This document shows positions 39,869 through 49,434 of a stretch of 64,000 bases of DNA, in pieces. Every line of letters starts with the position of its first letter. The first letter of the stretch is position 1. The stretch is from positions 928,001 to 992,000 of the forward strand of contig JAWLHY010000003.1 of NCBI GenBank assembly GCA_041690135.1. Direction: 5' to 3'. A program made the translations under genes and the position numbers. The notes below the pieces were generated by a model. That model was not told the DNA's origin. It saw only the letters and a program-made list of their open reading frames with translations, and did not search any database. This stretch comes from Armatimonadota bacterium. Its GTDB lineage: Bacteria; Armatimonadota; SYMT01.

Positions 39869-40333
39869 TTACTTTTTGGTTGAAGCGAAGATCATCATGG
39901 CTGCCTCTTTAGGCCCTCTCTTAAGATCTCCCGTTACGTGTTCATCCCAGAATTCCTCATCCTTTACGTATTCGCCAATCGTGCGCTTCCCGAAGGTCTT
40001 GCTTGCTGAAGATCCTAGCTGTAGACGCACATCTGGTACAACAGAAGCGATTGCTGCAATCACAACGCCCCGAAGCTCTGCCGACTCTAGTAACGCATTG
40101 TTTGCTGGACCTTTGGGGGGAGCAGCACTGGCTTTCACAACTGCGTGTTCAACAGATTGCTCTCTGGCGTGGCTCTGGATGCGCTCAAACATTACTCGGA
40201 GCGCGTCTGGCCGCTCACCGCTCTGAAGTCGCCAAGTGTTGCTTGCAACCACTGTCATGTTTGGACTGTCAACGTCTGCAGTGACAAAGTTCACATCTGA
40301 GCCTGAAACCACCACTCCAATCCATCTTTCCAT
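39869..40333 (-). CDS. Small protein with possible RNase H/RuvC-like fold, coupled to the kinase
   Basis: N-terminal beta strands WIGVVVSG..VNFV, AVVKAS, AELRGVV helix, final EAAM helix; 1 nt from the kinase ATG. Confidence 0.7.
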   Translation of the reverse strand: MERWIGVVVSGSDVNFVTADVDSPNMTVVASNTWRLQSGERPDALRVMFERIQSHAREQSVEHAVVKASAAPPKGPANNALLESAELRGVVIAAIASVVPDVRLQLGSSASKTFGKRTIGEYVKDEEFWDEHVTGDLKRGPKEAAMMIFASTKK

Positions 40334-40647
40334 CCGTACCCATCCTTTCGAGCTAGGTCGGCAATCTCACAGCATATTATACCATAGTTTGGAAATGCTA
40401 CATGCATATGAAGGCTTGTCAGGCCGCAGTTGGCTCTGCGGACACTCGATGTAGACGAATGAGTCAGAGCGTGGTAGTGCAAACCGCAGCCATAATCGCC
40501 GCGACCTTGACCAGAAGTGCCCAATGGCAGCTACTCCGCGCTCAATGACCGCCGTGCTCCGGGATATGGCCCGTAGACATTGGTAAGCTTCCGGAAACCA
40601 CCAGGAAGGGCGAGGCGGAGGCCTGGGGGGAGTGGGCTGCGGGAAGG

Positions 40648-41169
40648 GTGGTGCTGTATTCGCTCAATTCGCCGAGCATCCCGGAGCGGCCTTTCCCTCA
40701 CGCTATCCCCACGGTGAAGATCCCGGAGGGGCCTGGCGCAGTCGAACGACTGGTGGGCCATAACCGGGAAGTGTGGCGACGTCTTCGAGAGCATGGTCCG
40801 CCTCCTGGCAGCCGCCTGGAGTGGACCGCTATGCTCTTCAAGTTGAAGGCCACCTGGCGTCGAATCGCGCGGGCGCGGCAAGGGGAGCTTGGGCCCAAAG
40901 GAAGCATGAGCCCGGAAGGTGATTTGCACGCGTGCTGGCGCCAAACCGGGCACCACAGCCGGTTGATGATCGGTACGCCGAGTGCTGAAGTCGAGCTTTT
41001 TCTTTCACCCCAGCACTTTCTCGGCGTTCACGATCTGCGACGGCCGGAGATCCTCTGGGGTCCCGCCGGCTCGGGGGTGGTCTTCGTGCGGGGTAAGCTT
41101 GGGGACCAGTCGCGGATCTATGCCTTTGATGTGAGGACCGGCTGGTTATTGAACGCGGGGGCGGGATAG
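40648..41169 (+). CDS. Hypothetical protein (start uncertain, possibly truncated)
   Basis: ORF ending in a beta-propeller-like IYAFDVRTGWLL. Confidence 0.4.
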   Translation: MVLYSLNSPSIPERPFPHAIPTVKIPEGPGAVERLVGHNREVWRRLREHGPPPGSRLEWTAMLFKLKATWRRIARARQGELGPKGSMSPEGDLHACWRQTGHHSRLMIGTPSAEVELFLSPQHFLGVHDLRRPEILWGPAGSGVVFVRGKLGDQSRIYAFDVRTGWLLNAGAG

Positions 41170-41299
41170 GAGTTGCAACAGATTTCGCGGCCCACGGCGG
41201 GATCAGTTCCAACATGCCGGGATTCGGTTGGGGTTCAGGACGATGGCGCGTGGTGGGGACGGGCGCGGAACCCATCGCCGGGTGCGGTCCGAATTCGGG

Positions 41300-41580
41300 A
41301 CGACGGCACGCAGTGCGCGACGGGTTCGGGGGCAGAGTTCTGGTCGGCGACAGCGAGCCGACCCTACCTACGCCGAGACCGGATTCGTGCGGACGTGGTC
41401 GGTCGCCACGCAAAGGATGCCCCGCTCCTTCCGGACAGCCGTGGTATTCACACCGGTCGACGAACCGTGAAGTCGGCCTGGTGGAGGTAGGGGAATGGTC
41501 GTACACCCGGCGGAGCTAGGGCTGTCCCTTCCCCAGCGGATGGTTTCGCACCCGTCGGCCAACCGTGCAGCGCCCTCAGA
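41300..41580. repeat. GTAG-type REP cluster, homologous to 18940-19330
   Basis: Shared GGTCGGCGACAG..GCCGACCCTAC and GTAGGGGAA..CCCTTCCCCAGCG units. Confidence 0.75.
41502..41521. mobile_element. Putative 20-nt inserted element (copy 2, opposite orientation)
   Basis: TACACCCGGCGGAGCTAGGG; its reverse complement matches copy 1 at 18/20; absent from the homologous REP at 18944. Confidence 0.6.
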
Positions 41581-41854
41581 TGCTGTTGGCAAACTCTCCA
41601 GGATGGGCTGCAGCCCATGGGTCCGTATGGATTGCACTGCAGCCGGCGGGTGCCGGGCGCCCACTGGGTGTGGGCGATCTTGCGCAGGCCTACGCCCGAG
41701 TGTCGCGAAGGGGTGATAGGTTGTTCTGCGCTACTCCCGACTCCGTGCTGGCATTGGCGATCCGGGCGATCCGCCACGACTGCGCAACCACAGGCTTCCG
41801 CAGTGCAACCCGTACGGGCGTATGCCTGCGGCGAAGGCTCGCGCGGGTAACCTG

Positions 41855-41944
41855 TTCAACCCGCTCGGTCGCGAAGTGGGAGAAAAGGACGCGCTCGGCC
41901 GGCGGACCACGCTCGCCTTCGATGCGGTGGGGGAACCGAACCGC
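41855..41944 (+). pseudogene. RHS/YD-repeat fragment
   Basis: FNPLGREVGEKDALGRRTTLAFDAVGE. Confidence 0.5.
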
Positions 41945-41970
41945 GAAGCTGGATGTCCGGAGTTCGCCGA

Positions 41971-42597
41971 TTACCTGCGGTGCTTCAAGGTCTCGGTGCG
42001 GAGCAAAGCAAGGATATCATCCATATCCGGCTTGTCCGCTTCACGCTGCGCCAATAACAGGGCGCCGCGGATGCCGGAGGCACCCTTGCGGATGAGGAAC
42101 TCGACCATCCGTCTGTCCCGGCAGATCACTGCCCGCTCCAGGGCGCTAAACCCGCCCAGTTCGGTGGCATTGACCGACGTGCCCCTTTGGAGAAGCTGCC
42201 GCACCTGCTCCTCATTTCCCTCACCCGCAGCCTGGCACAGCATGTGTTGCAGAATGGGATCGTTGGGGTCGTCGCACTGAGCGGCGATGGCCTTCCAAAC
42301 TTTTCGGTAGGCCGTGGGTGATAGGGCGCCGGGCCGTTCACTCGCTGCGTCGGCACGGGCCAGGTAGAGAGCTTCGACCACGGCATCAGCGATGGCACTA
42401 GGATCGGCGTTCCGGCGGTGTTGCTCCATCCAGGCTTCCACCGCCGGAGTGTTCCCGCTGCGAGCGGCACCGACGAGCTTCCGTGCCTGGCGGTCCCACT
42501 CAACAGCGGCCTGCCAGTACCGGACACCCTGATGTACGGTCAGCATGAGGAGGCCAAAGAGGCCGGCCAGGTGTATGACTCGCTTGCCGGGGCGCAT
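41971..42597 (-). CDS. Ankyrin-repeat protein with N-terminal TM/signal
   Basis: LCQAAGEGNEEQVRQLLQRGTSVN, GFSALERAV..MVEFLIRKGA. Confidence 0.8.
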   Translation of the reverse strand: MRPGKRVIHLAGLFGLLMLTVHQGVRYWQAAVEWDRQARKLVGAARSGNTPAVEAWMEQHRRNADPSAIADAVVEALYLARADAASERPGALSPTAYRKVWKAIAAQCDDPNDPILQHMLCQAAGEGNEEQVRQLLQRGTSVNATELGGFSALERAVICRDRRMVEFLIRKGASGIRGALLLAQREADKPDMDDILALLRTETLKHRR

Positions 42598-42614
42598 GGG
42601 GTGGGAAGTCCGGC

Positions 42615-44399
42615 CTAGGGACGTACGAAGACTTGCCTGCCTCCGAGGTAGGTGGCGAGGACCTGCGTCTCACGGATCTGATCGACCGGGCAGGTGAGGA
42701 GATCCCGGTCGAGGATCACCAGGTCGGCGAGCTTGCCTTTCTCCAGAGACCCGATCTCCTGTTCCCGGAACAGCAGGTAGGCATTGTTCCGGGTGTAGAA
42801 GCGGATCGCCTGCTCGCGGGTAAGGGCCTCTTCCGGGTGGAGACGGCCCTCGTAATCCTTCGCCCGGCGGGTGACCGCGACCCACATCCCCAGGAACGGG
42901 TTGTAGGGGTTGACGGAGCGCAGGGAGCCGATCTTCTGCATGTGGTCCGAGCCGCCGCCCACGATGGCGCCTGCTTTAAACAGGCTGCGGAGGGGCTGGA
43001 AGTAGCGGAGGCGGTCGTAGCCGAAGTGCGAGGCCAGGGTGCGGGTATCGAGGTAGAGCCAGGCCGGCTGGAGGTCGGCCACCACCCCGAGCTTCGGCAT
43101 CAGCTCTACGGCCTCCCGGCTCATGAAATTGGAGTGGGTGATGCAGGGCCGGATGGGGCGGACCGGCGTGGTGCGGTCGATCTCCTGGTAGACGTCGAGC
43201 AGGGCATGCACGGCGCCATCGCCCACGGAGTGCGCGGTGAACTGGAGCCCTTCTTCCACGGCAGTGCGGACGATCGGGAGCAGGCGCTCGCGCGGAATGA
43301 AGAGCAGGCCGCGGTACTCGGGGTCGGTGATGGAGTAGATCGGGCTCACCCCCCACGGCTTCCGCATGTAGGCGCTGCCGGTGAGCATGCCGCCGTCCAG
43401 GTAGGTCTTGATGCCGACGATCCGGAGCATGGGGTCCGGCTGGCGCAGGGGGTCGCGTCCGATCTTATGAATGTTCTCCTGGATCCGCTCCAGCGGCCCG
43501 ACGGTGTCGACGTGTTGGGACACGGAGATGCGGACCGGCAACTCGCCGTTGTCGCGCAGCTTGCGGTACCGGGCGATGGCGGCGGGGCTGGCGTCACGGT
43601 CGGCGATGCTGGTGATGCCGGTGGCGTTGTAGTCGCGGAAGAGCTCCACGGCGCGGTGGGTTTGTTCTTCCTCGGTGGCGGATCGGCCGGGAGACTTCAC
43701 CTTCACGTAGCGCGTCATGCTGCGGATAATGCCAGTCGGCTCGCCGGTGGCCGGGTCCTTTTCCGCATGGCCGGGACCACCGTCCGACACGCGGAAGTTC
43801 CGGTCGATCCCACTCAACTTGAGTGCCAGGGTATTGAGGGAGGCATCGGGCCCGGTGGAGAAGATCGCCGGGTTGCGCGGGGCGACCTGGTCCAGTTCCT
43901 GGCGGGTGGGGTAGCGCTGCTCCTTCAACCGGGTGATGAACACCTGCCGGAGCTGGATCCACTCCCCGTCTTCCAACTCTTCCGCGCGCCGCTTGAAGTA
44001 CGCCAGCACATCCGCGATCGTCTCCATCGGGGGGATGGGGTGGTCGAACTCCGTCATGCAGGCGCCCATGGGATGCGTGTGCGAGTCGATCAGGCCGGGC
44101 AGAACGGTCCGTCCCTTCAGGTCCACCACGCGCGTGGCGGGACCCCGGAGCCGCAGGACGCCGCGGCTGCTGCCGACTTCCAGGATGCGCCCGTCGCGGA
44201 CAGCAAGGGCCTGGCGGACCGAGAAGCGGTCATCCACCGTCACGATCTTGCCGTTGTGCAGGATCAGGTCGGCCGGCTCCGGAGCCCCCGCGGAGGCTAG
44301 GCCGGTGAGCGAGAAAGCGGCGAGTACGACGCTGGCGAGAATAGATGAGTGGAGGGTGGAGGGGCCAGGGCGGAGGGTGGAGGGGTGAGAATGGAACAT
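42615..44399 (-). CDS. Amidohydrolase (YtcJ-like, amidohydro_3), exported
   Basis: ADLILHNGKIVT, PGLIDSHTH, KTYLDG, AHSVGD, GGSD, GSLEKGKLAD. Confidence 0.93.
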   Translation of the reverse strand: MFHSHPSTLRPGPSTLHSSILASVVLAAFSLTGLASAGAPEPADLILHNGKIVTVDDRFSVRQALAVRDGRILEVGSSRGVLRLRGPATRVVDLKGRTVLPGLIDSHTHPMGACMTEFDHPIPPMETIADVLAYFKRRAEELEDGEWIQLRQVFITRLKEQRYPTRQELDQVAPRNPAIFSTGPDASLNTLALKLSGIDRNFRVSDGGPGHAEKDPATGEPTGIIRSMTRYVKVKSPGRSATEEEQTHRAVELFRDYNATGITSIADRDASPAAIARYRKLRDNGELPVRISVSQHVDTVGPLERIQENIHKIGRDPLRQPDPMLRIVGIKTYLDGGMLTGSAYMRKPWGVSPIYSITDPEYRGLLFIPRERLLPIVRTAVEEGLQFTAHSVGDGAVHALLDVYQEIDRTTPVRPIRPCITHSNFMSREAVELMPKLGVVADLQPAWLYLDTRTLASHFGYDRLRYFQPLRSLFKAGAIVGGGSDHMQKIGSLRSVNPYNPFLGMWVAVTRRAKDYEGRLHPEEALTREQAIRFYTRNNAYLLFREQEIGSLEKGKLADLVILDRDLLTCPVDQIRETQVLATYLGGRQVFVRP

Positions 44400-44545
44400 G
44401 GAGGGTGGAGAGGTAGGAGAGGGTGGCGGCGCCAGAGGGGAGGGGGAAGGGCGATCAGTATCACGATCACGATTGAGAGGGTGATCGGCCGCACCCCACT
44501 TACGCATGTTCGAGTGGCACGAGTGAAGGAATGAGGCCATGGGTG

Positions 44546-45082
44546 TTAATAGCTGGTTCTAAACAGGGGTCTGTCCGGCGAGGGAGCGTTATGCGGGAAG
44601 ATCCGTGGCTGGATTCTCCTGCATAACCATTCATGAAGGAATGCCGATACGGAAAGATCAAAATGCTCGCACTCCGTATCCTTTGAATCAACCACCACGG
44701 CCGTCCAGGTATCCGGCTCACCCGTAGTCAGCCAATAGATGGTGTCGCCATTCTCTGTGAAACCCCAGGGCAATAACCCACCCGGTTCTGGATAGGCGGG
44801 AAACGGGCAATCCTCGGGGTACTCCTCATGAGATTCGCGATACGTAGACAGACGCAGTTCGAGAGCAGACAGGTACCCTTCCACATCCCATCGAAACGGT
44901 GAGATCAACGAAAGGAAGCCGCCGAATAGCCCCGATCCGTACGTATCGATGCAGCTCATGAAGTCACCTGGAAATCTAAAGCCCAACTCCAATTGGACTT
45001 CTTCCCACTGCTCAGGGCTTCCCGCATGGAGCACCTGCTGGGGAGGACTGACAATGCTTTGCAACTTCTTCACAGCCGACAT
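44546..45082 (-). CDS. SMI1/KNR4 (SUKH) family protein
   Basis: WEEVQLELGFRFPGDF..YGSG, GLLPWGFTENGD..YW; lower GC. Confidence 0.85.
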   Translation of the reverse strand: MSAVKKLQSIVSPPQQVLHAGSPEQWEEVQLELGFRFPGDFMSCIDTYGSGLFGGFLSLISPFRWDVEGYLSALELRLSTYRESHEEYPEDCPFPAYPEPGGLLPWGFTENGDTIYWLTTGEPDTWTAVVVDSKDTECEHFDLSVSAFLHEWLCRRIQPRIFPHNAPSPDRPLFRTSY

Positions 45083-45105
45083 GCAGTTCCCTCGCACGGA
45101 ATTGC

Positions 45106-45426
45106 TTAGTGGCCGGAGGTGATCTTGAGCCCCACGATCCCGGCCAGGATGAGGGAGAAACACGCCAATCGTCCGGCCGTCGCGGGCTCTCCGAAGAGAA
45201 AGATCCCGAAGAGGGCGGTGCCGGCCGCGCCGATCCCGGTCCAGATGGCATACCCGGTACCGACCGGGATCTCCTTGAGCGCCTGGCCCAGCATGGCAAA
45301 GCTGGCGACCATGGCGATGACGGTGAAGAAGCTCGGCCAGGGTCGGGTGAACCCCTCGGTGTACTTCAGCCCGATGGCCCACGCCACCTCCAGCAGTCCG
45401 GCGATAATGAGAAAAATCCAGGCCAT
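45106..45426 (-). CDS. sugE: SMR family transporter, SugE/Gdx type
   Basis: [38 protein letters not shown]. Confidence 0.9.
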   Translation of the reverse strand: MAWIFLIIAGLLEVAWAIGLKYTEGFTRPWPSFFTVIAMVASFAMLGQALKEIPVGTGYAIWTGIGAAGTALFGIFLFGEPATAGRLACFSLILAGIVGLKITSGH

Positions 45427-45446
45427 AGTGATTCGCTAGAGAGCAT

Positions 45447-45478
45447 AGAAAAGAGGCGGCCCATCTGGGCCGCCCCTT
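45447..45478 (-). terminator. Rho-independent terminator after prc
   Basis: Minus strand GGGGCGGCCCAGATGGGCCGCCTC followed by TTTT. Confidence 0.75.
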
Positions 45479-45506
45479 CCGCTTGGATACCTTACCGGGC
45501 CCAGGG

Positions 45507-47786
45507 TTACTTCTGGGCGGCGGTGACCGGCCGGTTCATCAGGCTGATGAAATCGGCCAGAATCCGCTTGGTCTCTTCCAGGTGCGCATCCTGCGCCGGA
45601 ATGTCGCTGGCGGCCGCCTCGGGCTCATCCAGGGCGGATTTGCCGGCCTGGGCCAGCGGCTTGTTCGGGTCGATCGGCGCCGGCAGGCCCTTGGTGTCCG
45701 CGTTCTTGAGCGAGATCAGGTAGACCTTGTCCTTCGACTTGGCCCGGTTCGCCAGTTCCTTCTTGCGGGCCTCGGCACGGGCCAGGGCTTCTTCCTTCTC
45801 CTTCACGCGCTCTTGCTCGTTCAGGGAGACTTCCTTGGCGTCCAGGGTCTTCTTCAGGCGCAGGGCCTCCTGGCTGATCCAGGTGAAGTCCTTGTCATTG
45901 GCCAGCCGGGACGCGGACCGCTTCTTCAGTTCCGCCATGTACGGCTGCACCAGGTTCATCTTCTGGAACGCGGCGCTCTTGATCTCGTCGAACGGGAGCG
46001 GGTTCGGCAGCGCGGCTTCCCCGATCTTCCGGTCGTTGTTCAGCGACGGCAGCACCAGGTCCGGCACCACGCCCTTGAGCTGCGTTGAAAGGCCGCTGGC
46101 GCGGTAGAACTTCCGGATCGTCAGCTTCAGCGCGCCCGGATCGTTGGTGGTCTTGATCCCCTGGCGGGCCATGATCGGCGCAAGCTGCATGAGCTGCTGG
46201 ACGGTCCCCTTGCCGTGCGTGGAGCTTTCTCCCACGACCAGGGCGCGGCCGTAGTCCTGCAGCGCGCCGGCCAGGATCTCGGAGGCCGAGGCACTGTTGC
46301 GGCTGGTGAGGACCACCATCGGGCCGGCGTAGTGCTGGCGGACATCCGGGTCCTTCTCCACCTCCAGCTCACCCTGCGGGCTCTTGATCTGGACGACCGG
46401 GCCGTCCTTGATGAAGAGGCCGGTCAGCTTGATCGCTTCGTCCAGGGACCCACCGCCGTTGCGGCGCAGGTCGAGGATCAGGCCGTTGACCCCCTCGGCG
46501 TTCAGCTTCTTGAGCAGGCGGGCCACGTCGGCGGTGCAGCTCTTGGGCGGTGCGCCGGGAGCGCCCTGGCCCTCGTAGAACGACGGCAGGTCGATCACGC
46601 CCAGCCGCATCGGTTTGCCGTCCGTGGCGGTGAGGTCGATGATCTGCGCCTTCGCCTCGGAATCCTCCAGCTTCACCTCGTCGCGGATGATGATGATCTC
46701 TTTCCGCATCGACAGGTCGGTGGCGTCGGCCGGGATGACCGTGAGGCGGACCTTGGTGCCCTTGGGGCCGCGGATCATCTCGACGATCTTGTCGAGCTTC
46801 ATGTCGATCACGTCGACGGCCTCGCCCTTATCGCCCTGGGCCACGGCCACGACCTTGTCGCCCGGCTTGAGCTGGCCGCCCTTCATGGCGGGGCCGCCCG
46901 GAGTCAGTTCCACGATCTGGCAGTAGCCGTCCTCGGAGCGTAGCACCGCGCCGATCCCGAACAGGGAGAGCTTCATGCGGATGCCGAAGTTCTCGAAGGA
47001 GGCCTTGCCCAGGTAATCGGAGTGCGGGTCGTACACGTGCCCCAGCGAGGTCATGTAGAGCTGGAATACCTCGTCGCTGTCGTACTGGTGCAGGGCATTG
47101 GCCAGGCGCTGGTAGCGGCGGGTGATCGTCTTCACGATCTCTTCCGGCTTCTGCTTGTTCAGCTTCTCCTGCAGGTACTCGAAGCGGAGCCGATCGCGCC
47201 ACAGCTTCTTCGCATCCGCGAGATCCTTCGGGCGGGGGGCCTGGCTGCGATCGACCAGGTAGGCCTCCTTGCCGCTGAAGTCGAACTTCTCCGTCTTCAA
47301 CATCTCACCCACGGCGGCCTGCTGCTGATCGATCCGCTGGAGCAGCCGGGTGAAGATCTCGTAGGCGGGGCGGGTATCGCCCTTCTCCCAGGTGAGCTCA
47401 TCGAGCGTGGTGCGGTACTTCTCGAACTCCTTCAGGTCCGTTTCGAAGAAGTACAGGTGCATCGGGTCCAGAGCGTCGAGATAGCGGTCCAGGAACTTGC
47501 CGGCGATGTCGTCGGAAAGCGGCTGCTGGAGGAAGTGCATCGCGACCAGGATGCGGGAGGTGATCCGGGCGATAGACGCATCGTCGGGACCCGGCGCGAG
47601 CACGGCCGACTTGGCGGTTTTGCCCCCTTCCTGGAAGTTGGCCAGGGCGACCGGGCTGCCGGTATCGGCCAGACGCGTGGCCGCTTCCACCGGTTGCGGG
47701 CGCACGCGCTGCGCCTGGGTCATCGCCCCCACGGTCACCACGGAGCCGGCCAACGCCAGCCCGGCTGCGAAAGGAACAGCTTTCAT
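45507..47786 (-). CDS. prc: Tail-specific protease (S41A) with PDZ domain
   Basis: DPHSDY, GIGAVL, DLRRNGGGSL, SASASEILAGALQDYGRA, GKGTVQ, TQLKGVVPD. Confidence 0.93.
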   Translation of the reverse strand: MKAVPFAAGLALAGSVVTVGAMTQAQRVRPQPVEAATRLADTGSPVALANFQEGGKTAKSAVLAPGPDDASIARITSRILVAMHFLQQPLSDDIAGKFLDRYLDALDPMHLYFFETDLKEFEKYRTTLDELTWEKGDTRPAYEIFTRLLQRIDQQQAAVGEMLKTEKFDFSGKEAYLVDRSQAPRPKDLADAKKLWRDRLRFEYLQEKLNKQKPEEIVKTITRRYQRLANALHQYDSDEVFQLYMTSLGHVYDPHSDYLGKASFENFGIRMKLSLFGIGAVLRSEDGYCQIVELTPGGPAMKGGQLKPGDKVVAVAQGDKGEAVDVIDMKLDKIVEMIRGPKGTKVRLTVIPADATDLSMRKEIIIIRDEVKLEDSEAKAQIIDLTATDGKPMRLGVIDLPSFYEGQGAPGAPPKSCTADVARLLKKLNAEGVNGLILDLRRNGGGSLDEAIKLTGLFIKDGPVVQIKSPQGELEVEKDPDVRQHYAGPMVVLTSRNSASASEILAGALQDYGRALVVGESSTHGKGTVQQLMQLAPIMARQGIKTTNDPGALKLTIRKFYRASGLSTQLKGVVPDLVLPSLNNDRKIGEAALPNPLPFDEIKSAAFQKMNLVQPYMAELKKRSASRLANDKDFTWISQEALRLKKTLDAKEVSLNEQERVKEKEEALARAEARKKELANRAKSKDKVYLISLKNADTKGLPAPIDPNKPLAQAGKSALDEPEAAASDIPAQDAHLEETKRILADFISLMNRPVTAAQK

Positions 47787-48075
47787 ATAATGATTACCTC
47801 TATCCGGCGCTCGACTGCCACGCCCAGGAGGCGGGAAGCGTCACACGGCGATACTACCCACCGCGGACTGTACTTCGACCTCCGTTGCGCAGAAACCTGC
47901 TCGAAATTCTGGCAGGCCCAGTAGGCTATACGAGATTCTATTGGGAAAAGTGCTCCGAGTTCACGTTTTTGGTCATGGCGTAACCTTCCGCGTGTCTTGT
48001 CGTTTTATGTGGAAGACTCAGAGCAACAGAAGTGGGAGCACGGAAGATCCGGGAGAAATCCCCGAGAGGTTCGCC

Positions 48076-49332
48076 ATGGACGCCCCCATCGTAGCAAATA
48101 CTACAGGAAGAAGGAAGGACTCTCTTTCCCGGTGCCGGCTGCTCCTGCTGGCAATGGCGCTCGTGGGGGCAGCTTCCGCGGCGTCCGCGCAGGAGAAGAC
48201 GCCGGCGCGGAAATCGATCTTCGGACAGGTGGTGGGGCAGCCCACGGGGGAGAATGGTTACGAGGAGTTGGTACTGGCGGCGGATATATTCGCGGCGAGC
48301 CCGAAGTACGATGCGGCGCAAAACCTGGAATCGTCGTTGAGCGTCAAGCGCGAGGTCCTGAAGGACCGGCACGTGGCTCGGGCCCTCTGGCTACTGCGGG
48401 CCGCGCTCAACAAACCGGTGTTCGGTCCCCGGCAGAAACTCACCTATTCCACGACCCTGCCGGAACTCTCGCAGTTTCGCTCGCTCGCGCGGCTTCTGGC
48501 CAACCAGCAGTACGTGCTGCTGGCGGATGGGAAGGTGCCCGAAGCGATCGGTAACGCGCGGCTGGCCATCCGTTTTGCCAACCAGGTCCAGCAGGACACC
48601 CTGATCCACGGCCTGGTCGGTCTCGCGATCTGCCGTCTTGCCCTCACGCCGCTGGCGGAGCACCTGGACCAGCTCTCCGCCCGTGACTGCGAGGCGGTGT
48701 ACCGGCTGGCGCTGGAGTGGCTTTCTCTCCCGAACCCGCAGGAGCGGATCTTTGCCGGGGACTCTCGCTGGACCCAGGAAGGCCTAGCGGAGGTGGGGGA
48801 AGAGGTGAAGAGAAAGGGGGTGGCCGCCCTGGCCGCGACCTTCTCCGGCGACGACGCGGAGAGTCGCCAGCTCATGCAAGTGTTTCCGACGGAACCGGCG
48901 GCGATCGATCGGCTCGTGGCCGAGGCGCGTGTGCGCATCGACGATTACTACCAGCGCGTGGCCCGGGAATTGAAGCGGCCGCCCTGGGAGCGAGCCTTTC
49001 CCGCTCTGGCTCCGGGCAACGACCTCGCCTCCCGGCTGGCGAACATGCTCATTCCCTCGTACGAGAACGTGGACGTGGCTTACACGCGGGAGATGGCCCG
49101 GATGCGGCTGCTGGCGTGCGAGGTCGCCATCCGGCGGTACCGCTGGGAGCACAACCGCCTGCCCGCGGAGCTCTCCGTCCTCCGCCTCGGTGATTTGACC
49201 GTAGACCCGTTTACAGGACGCCCACTGGAGTACGCGGCCAACGGGAACCGGTTTACCCTTTCCTCCGTCGGAGCCCTGTCGCAGGGGAGTCCGAACGCGG
49301 TGAATGGGCGGGTACCCGTAACCTTCCGTTAG
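48076..49332 (+). CDS. Exported helical hypothetical protein
   Basis: Signal ending ASA; TLIHGLVG, PAELSVL, DPFTGRPLEY..FTLSSVG. Confidence 0.75.
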   Translation: MDAPIVANTTGRRKDSLSRCRLLLLAMALVGAASAASAQEKTPARKSIFGQVVGQPTGENGYEELVLAADIFAASPKYDAAQNLESSLSVKREVLKDRHVARALWLLRAALNKPVFGPRQKLTYSTTLPELSQFRSLARLLANQQYVLLADGKVPEAIGNARLAIRFANQVQQDTLIHGLVGLAICRLALTPLAEHLDQLSARDCEAVYRLALEWLSLPNPQERIFAGDSRWTQEGLAEVGEEVKRKGVAALAATFSGDDAESRQLMQVFPTEPAAIDRLVAEARVRIDDYYQRVARELKRPPWERAFPALAPGNDLASRLANMLIPSYENVDVAYTREMARMRLLACEVAIRRYRWEHNRLPAELSVLRLGDLTVDPFTGRPLEYAANGNRFTLSSVGALSQGSPNAVNGRVPVTFR

Positions 49333-49434
49333 GATCTCCCCGGCGGCGAGGTTCGCAGTGGGTGGGCAAGCGAGGGTAATGGCTCCGCGTGAGTGTGAAT
49401 TCCGGCTGCCGATTGGGTAAACTGGTCAGCAATC

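Noticed and set aside
45427-45506. Guanidine riboswitch upstream of sugE/gdx
   Set aside because: No ACGR twin hairpins or ykkC motif; only the prc terminator is visible.
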